Assembly (NCBI GenBank): GCA_038895395.1
Contig: JAWANJ010000001.1
Span: 298 to 64,297 of the forward strand
Origin: Candidatus Iainarchaeum sp.
GTDB lineage: Archaea > Iainarchaeota > Iainarchaeia > Iainarchaeales > DTGL01
Length of the DNA stretch: 64,000 nt
Direction of reading: 5' to 3'
This document shows positions 60,242-64,000 of the stretch, piece after piece. Under the pieces are notes generated by a model that saw nothing but the letters and a program-made list of their open reading frames with translations, searched no databases and had not been told where the DNA came from. The position numbers and the translations under genes are program-made. The stretch's first letter is position 1; the number at the start of each line of letters is the position of its first letter.

Positions 60242-61224
60242 ACGATTTTACTTATAATTTCCTCAGAATTAAACTCTTTAAGTGCATCGTAGTTCTGACC
60301 AGTTCCTACAAATATAATCGGCTTTTTAAGTTCGTATAAAATGCTTAGCATTGTGCCACCTTTCGGGTCTGCATCAACCTTTGTCATTATGAACGCATCA
60401 ACGCCTATTGCTTCATCAAATGCTTTTGCTTGGTCTAAAAGTGCTTTGCCAGCAAAAGCTTCACCTACAAAAATTTTAATGTCCGGTGATGTAACCCTTG
60501 CTATTTTCTTTAGCTCCTGAACAAGGTTTACATTGGTTTCTTGCCTCCCAGCGGTGTCAATCATTACAACATCGATTTTCTTTGCTTTTGCAGAGCTTAT
60601 GGCATCAAATGCAACTGCTGCTGGATCTGCACCGTAGCGATGTTTCACAACAGGAATATCCAACCTTTTGGCGTGCTCTTCAAGCTGTTCTATAGACGCC
60701 GCTCTAAAGGTATCACTAGCTGCAAATATTGTGCTTAGCCCATTTTCTTTGAACTTCATGGCAAGCTTTGCCATTGTGGTTGTTTTCCCCGCACCATTTG
60801 GGCCTAAAAAGAGAATCTTGAATGGTTTCTGCGCCTTTTTTGCCATTTCTACTATGTCAATACGCTCAGTTTCTGTAAGTTCTTTTAATGTATCTTTTAT
60901 AGTGTTTCTGACAAATTCATCCAGATTTTTCTTTGGTACACTTTTGCTTGTAAGTCTATTCTTTATTTCTTCGCAAAATTTTTTAGCAGTTTTGTCATTA
61001 ACATCTGCTTCTAGCAATGCGAGCTCTAGCTCTTCTATAGATTCTTTTACATCAGCTTCCCTGAGTTTTAGCTCAGCCCCAAAAACAGACTTAACCTTTG
61101 TAACTGCTTTTAGCTCTGGTGTAAAATCACGCTTTTCGATGTTTTCCACTTCTTTTAGCTCTGGGGCTTTTCTGATAATATTTGAAACAAAAGAAGAGAG
61201 CTTGTTTTTTAAAACATCAAACAT
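60238..61224 (-). CDS. ftsY: SRP receptor FtsY
   Basis: NG domain with LFLGPNGAGKTTTMAKLA and DTAGR. 4-nt overlap with srp54. Confidence 0.9.
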   Translation of the reverse strand: MFDVLKNKLSSFVSNIIRKAPELKEVENIEKRDFTPELKAVTKVKSVFGAELKLREADVKESIEELELALLEADVNDKTAKKFCEEIKNRLTSKSVPKKNLDEFVRNTIKDTLKELTETERIDIVEMAKKAQKPFKILFLGPNGAGKTTTMAKLAMKFKENGLSTIFAASDTFRAASIEQLEEHAKRLDIPVVKHRYGADPAAVAFDAISSAKAKKIDVVMIDTAGRQETNVNLVQELKKIARVTSPDIKIFVGEAFAGKALLDQAKAFDEAIGVDAFIMTKVDADPKGGTMLSILYELKKPIIFVGTGQNYDALKEFNSEEIISKIV

Positions 61225-61232
61225 CTTAGCAC

Positions 61233-61730
61233 CTAAGCTACGCCAGGGGTGCTTTTTTCAGCAATTTTTCTTTGTGCTTCATTTATCAATCTCTCTAATT
61301 GAGCCAGCGATGCTATGGTTTGTTTCCTTCTTTTTGAAATCTCTTGTAGATTTGCCCTGAGTTGTGCTTTTCTTGCTTCAAGCCTTTCAATAGCTTTCAA
61401 AATTGGCATACGCTCAAAATAATTTGCCCCTATATCTAACTTCACCATTGTGTTGTCAACTATCTTAGCATAAGCAAAAACACCTGCACCTAAAGGCACC
61501 AAAATGTTTACATCTTTTTCAGCAGCTTTTAGTTCCCGCATGCAATCCTGTGAAGCTTCTATCTCTGCTATTATTGTGTTAAGAAGCTGTTCTTGTGAGA
61601 TCAAAGACTCCAAAGCTTGCTTATTTTGTTGATACATTCCAAGGACTTGATCAAAAGTTAACCTAATTTCTTTCTTTTTTGATTTTTCTTCTTCAGCATT
61701 AATTTCAGCAGATTCTTTCTTTTTAGCCAT
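61233..61730 (-). CDS. pfdA: prefoldin alpha subunit
   Basis: 165-aa coiled-coil with central beta-hairpin region. Conserved position between rplX and ftsY. Confidence 0.7.
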   Translation of the reverse strand: MAKKKESAEINAEEEKSKKKEIRLTFDQVLGMYQQNKQALESLISQEQLLNTIIAEIEASQDCMRELKAAEKDVNILVPLGAGVFAYAKIVDNTMVKLDIGANYFERMPILKAIERLEARKAQLRANLQEISKRRKQTIASLAQLERLINEAQRKIAEKSTPGVA

Positions 61731-61734
61731 GAGA

Positions 61735-61932
61735 TCACTCCTTTTTGTTTTTAGTATCTTCTTGCTTAATTACAGATTCAATCTTCACAAATCTTCTGGG
61801 AATCCCATGTTCAGATCCAAATAACCCATAAAGCTTTTCTCTTGCGAAATTCTCTGTAGATGCTTTTATCAATCTTGTGAAAGGTCTCCATTCACCCTTA
61901 ATCCTTATCTTCCCCTTAAATTCAAATTCCAT
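61735..61932 (-). CDS. rplX: 50S ribosomal protein LX (L18Ae/L20A)
   Basis: 65 aa basic protein in the conserved aIF6-LX-PfdA-FtsY position. Confidence 0.6.
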   Translation of the reverse strand: MEFEFKGKIRIKGEWRPFTRLIKASTENFAREKLYGLFGSEHGIPRRFVKIESVIKQEDTKNKKE

Positions 61933-61936
61933 ATTA

Positions 61937-62593
61937 TCACCCTAAAACATCCTGAATCCTAAGCAGCTCATATGTTGTTGTTTTATCACCTAAAAGTGCA
62001 CCACATGAGTTCATTACTGCGTTGTTTCCTACAAATTTATCACCATAGTTTAATGTGACCGCTGTGCCTTCAACCCCAAATGCTTTTTTAAGAACTTCAA
62101 ATTCCTTTGGTGTTACTGCCGGATTAACAATAAAACATGAATCTGAAGCTAAAACAGAAGAACCAACAATATCCAGTGATGCTATCTTTGTCTGATAAAA
62201 TTTAACCCCTAAAAAATCCTCTATTTCATTAATCTGTTTTTTTGTGAGAACCATGCTTGCTACTCCTCCTTTTCTGTTGGCCCTTATTAAATTTCCTATT
62301 GCAGTAGCGCCTTCGATCCTCTTTACCTTAATACCAATTGACTCAAGATACTCAATTTCAGAGTCAAGTGCTAACTCTGAAACCACTAGTCTATCATCAA
62401 TGCCGGAGCATAGAACACCAAGCAAGGTACTGTCAGCAAGCTTTGTCTTTATGAATTCAGTGTCAAATGTTTTTTTTATCTTTAGCTCTTCTTTTTGCAT
62501 TATGTTTGGAGGCATCAGTGTTATCTTCTCGGTTACAACCAAAAAAACCCCTACAAAAGGGCTTGAATTAACAGTACCTTTGTTTATCTTCAT
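61937..62593 (-). CDS. eif6: translation initiation factor 6 (aIF6)
   Basis: 218 aa with five pseudo-repeats. Confidence 0.85.
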   Translation of the reverse strand: MKINKGTVNSSPFVGVFLVVTEKITLMPPNIMQKEELKIKKTFDTEFIKTKLADSTLLGVLCSGIDDRLVVSELALDSEIEYLESIGIKVKRIEGATAIGNLIRANRKGGVASMVLTKKQINEIEDFLGVKFYQTKIASLDIVGSSVLASDSCFIVNPAVTPKEFEVLKKAFGVEGTAVTLNYGDKFVGNNAVMNSCGALLGDKTTTYELLRIQDVLG

Positions 62594-62601
62594 GTTGGAA
62601 C

Positions 62602-63099
62602 CTATTTATCTTGCCTTCTCTTTATTGCAGTTCTTTGCGCTGCTTTTTCCATCTCTTTTTTTTCTTCAAGCTTTTTTTTCTCTGCAACTTCTTCGACTTC
62701 CTTAACCTCTTTTTTCGACTTATCTTCCTTGCTTTCATCTTTCTTTTCAGAGGCCTCCTTTTTCACTTCTTTTGTTTTTGCCGCCTCCTTTTCGACTTCT
62801 TTTCCTTTTGTTGCGACCTTTTCTTCAACAACTACTTTTTCATCAGCCAAGTATGCTTTTATCTTTTCACCGTCTTTTAATACCTGAATTGACAAGCTAC
62901 GTGGGATCTTTTGAGGCCCTCTTGCAAAGATTGTTTCATTTATCTTTTGAGATATGAAAACTTTATCTTCAACCACTTTGTATTTCTTTGCAAGGTAACG
63001 CCTTAGCCTTAGCATAGCACGTCTTGCTCTTTTAGTGCACGGGTGATTGAAAAGCTCCTTAAGAGGAAAAACTATACTTTCTATTTTGTTTTCTGCCAT
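62602..63099 (-). CDS. rpl31e: 50S ribosomal protein L31e with ~75-aa K/E-rich C-terminal extension
   Basis: N-terminal 90 aa matches L31e (…HPCTKRARRAMLRLRRYLAKKYK…). The rest is KEVEKEAAKTKEVKKE…-type low complexity. Confidence 0.8.
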   Translation of the reverse strand: MAENKIESIVFPLKELFNHPCTKRARRAMLRLRRYLAKKYKVVEDKVFISQKINETIFARGPQKIPRSLSIQVLKDGEKIKAYLADEKVVVEEKVATKGKEVEKEAAKTKEVKKEASEKKDESKEDKSKKEVKEVEEVAEKKKLEEKKEMEKAAQRTAIKRRQDK

Positions 63100-63100
63100 A

Positions 63101-63313
63101 TCATGCCTCCTTTCTCAGTTTTTTCCTTTTTTTTATCTTTCTGTACAATTTTCCGAAGTCGCAATTTTTCCAACTTCTCTTTTGCTTTGGGGTGAATATC
63201 CTTTTGTTTGCTTTTTGGAATATCCAAACAGGTGCACTTCCTATGCCTGACTTTATGCTTTTTCTTTTGCTTATTATAAAATCCTTAAACTCCTTCTCCT
63301 TGTTTGAGCTCAT
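63101..63313 (-). CDS. rpl39e: 50S ribosomal protein L39e
   Basis: 70 aa, very basic, ...KRSWKNCDFGKLYRKIKKRKK... Confidence 0.7.
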   Translation of the reverse strand: MSSNKEKEFKDFIISKRKSIKSGIGSAPVWIFQKANKRIFTPKQKRSWKNCDFGKLYRKIKKRKKLRKEA

Positions 63314-63317
63314 ATGA

Positions 63318-63650
63318 TCACTTTCTTATAATTCTTGTCTCTCTTTTTTCTGAGAACTTGAGCAGTAATTTTTTCAAAAGCTCATCATCTACAGGTTTTG
63401 AAATCTGGCCTGCCTGTGCAGCAGCAATAATTGATTGTACGACCTTGTAGTAAAGCTCTTGATTAACTAAACGCACATTTTTTAGACGCTCTCTTGCAGG
63501 AGCTGTAAGCAACTTTCTTAGCAGTAGATTGATCTTTCTTTCGGCCTCGATTTGCTTAGCAAGCTCCTTTTGCATATTATAATATCTTTTTACTTCTTCA
63601 GCTTGGTGTTCTTCCGTTTCCATATCGGTACCTTTACAAATTTTCAGCAA
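63318..63650 (-). CDS. PDCD5/TFAR19-family dsDNA-binding protein
   Basis: 110 aa helical. Lies in the conserved rps19e-PDCD5-rpl39e-rpl31e archaeal cluster. Confidence 0.55.
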   Translation of the reverse strand: MLKICKGTDMETEEHQAEEVKRYYNMQKELAKQIEAERKINLLLRKLLTAPARERLKNVRLVNQELYYKVVQSIIAAAQAGQISKPVDDELLKKLLLKFSEKRETRIIRK

Positions 63651-64000
63651 GCTTTTCTTTGAGCTCAGAAACTATTTCCGCCTTCTTCTTGCTCTTTTCT
63701 TCTGATTTATCTTCAGATGATTTAACTGCTTGAGCCTTTTCTAGTGCTGACTTATCATCTTTTTTTGCGCTTTGTTTCTCTTCTAATCTCTTCTTTGTTT
63801 TTAAAGCCATCCTTGAAAGATATGAATGTCCCTTTGGTGTTAATGTTCTGCCTTTTTGCACCTTTTTAACCAAACCCAAGCTCTCAAGCTGCTGTAGAGC
63901 ATACCTTATGATTTTTCCACCAGCTCGCCTAAACTTGTGCTTTCGTCTTCCACGGTTTTTGCGACCACCATAATAAGTTCTCAAAGCACCTGTGCCAAGT
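63634..64000 (-). CDS. rps19e: 30S ribosomal protein S19e, partial (N-terminus beyond window end), with K/E-rich C-terminal tail
   Basis: ...LRTYYGGRKNRGRRKHKFRRAGGKIIRYALQQLESLGLVKK... matches the S19e C-terminal half. The reading frame is open through position 64000. Confidence 0.75.
   Translation of the reverse strand, partial: LGTGALRTYYGGRKNRGRRKHKFRRAGGKIIRYALQQLESLGLVKKVQKGRTLTPKGHSYLSRMALKTKKRLEEKQSAKKDDKSALEKAQAVKSSEDKSEEKSKKKAEIVSELKEKLAENL

Noticed and set aside
60668-61360. 230-aa + strand ORF across ftsY
   Set aside because: Antisense to ftsY (clear NG-domain motifs on the minus strand). Low-complexity Ser/Phe-rich translation.

Overview
This is an AT-rich window of roughly 33% GC (estimated by eye) from an archaeal chromosome. 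The archaeal assignment rests on RadA, an RPA with a zinc ribbon, TFE, Pus10, Trm56, Rpp21, archaeal-type TIM, an aIF6/L31e/L39e/S19e/LX/prefoldin/FtsY block, and a tRNA-Pro that carries a canonical-position intron. Coding density is high; overlaps (4 to 14 nt) are read directly only inside the minus-strand mevalonate operon and at the CoaE/CoaD junction.

The dominant feature is a complete 10-gene minus-strand operon (1..8530) for the archaeal alternative mevalonate pathway. In transcription order it runs HMG-CoA reductase, HMG-CoA synthase, thiolase, DUF35, mevalonate kinase, UbiX, a UbiD-like decarboxylase, aconitase-X large and small subunits, then isopentenyl phosphate kinase. The last gene is cut by the window start.

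A second block at about 25.2-36.2 kb mixes glycogen and glycolytic genes: GalT-like, PGM, type-I GAPDH, PGK, a GT5-like glycosyltransferase, GH57, a eukaryote-type GT3 glycogen synthase and a debranching enzyme. PGK is broken by a +1 frameshift in an A5 run.

Other features:
- A pseudo-dimeric (tandemly duplicated) ThyX sits next to an unknown 244-aa protein.
- A 758-aa Cys-rich, heavily N-glycosylatable surface protein carries three internal repeats.
- A bacterial-type CoaE/CoaD pair and a class-II LysRS lie near the tRNA cluster.
- A full-length RelA/SpoT homologue (HD motif altered to HE) is followed by a KaiC-like ATPase.
- A probable SRP (7S) RNA lies in a 385-bp intergenic gap, while SRP54 and FtsY sit elsewhere in the window.
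- A XerA-like tyrosine recombinase precedes about 2 kb of orphan genes, an AT-rich spacer and an initiator tRNA-Met.
- There are five tRNAs: iMet, Lys, Pro (with intron), Phe and Gly.
- GGPP synthase and GGGP synthase (ether-lipid enzymes) are dispersed in the window.

No CRISPR array, rRNA or obvious transposon was seen. Several bacterial-type genes in an archaeal background suggest an HGT-rich lineage, possibly Asgard- or DPANN-like, but that cannot be decided from sequence alone.
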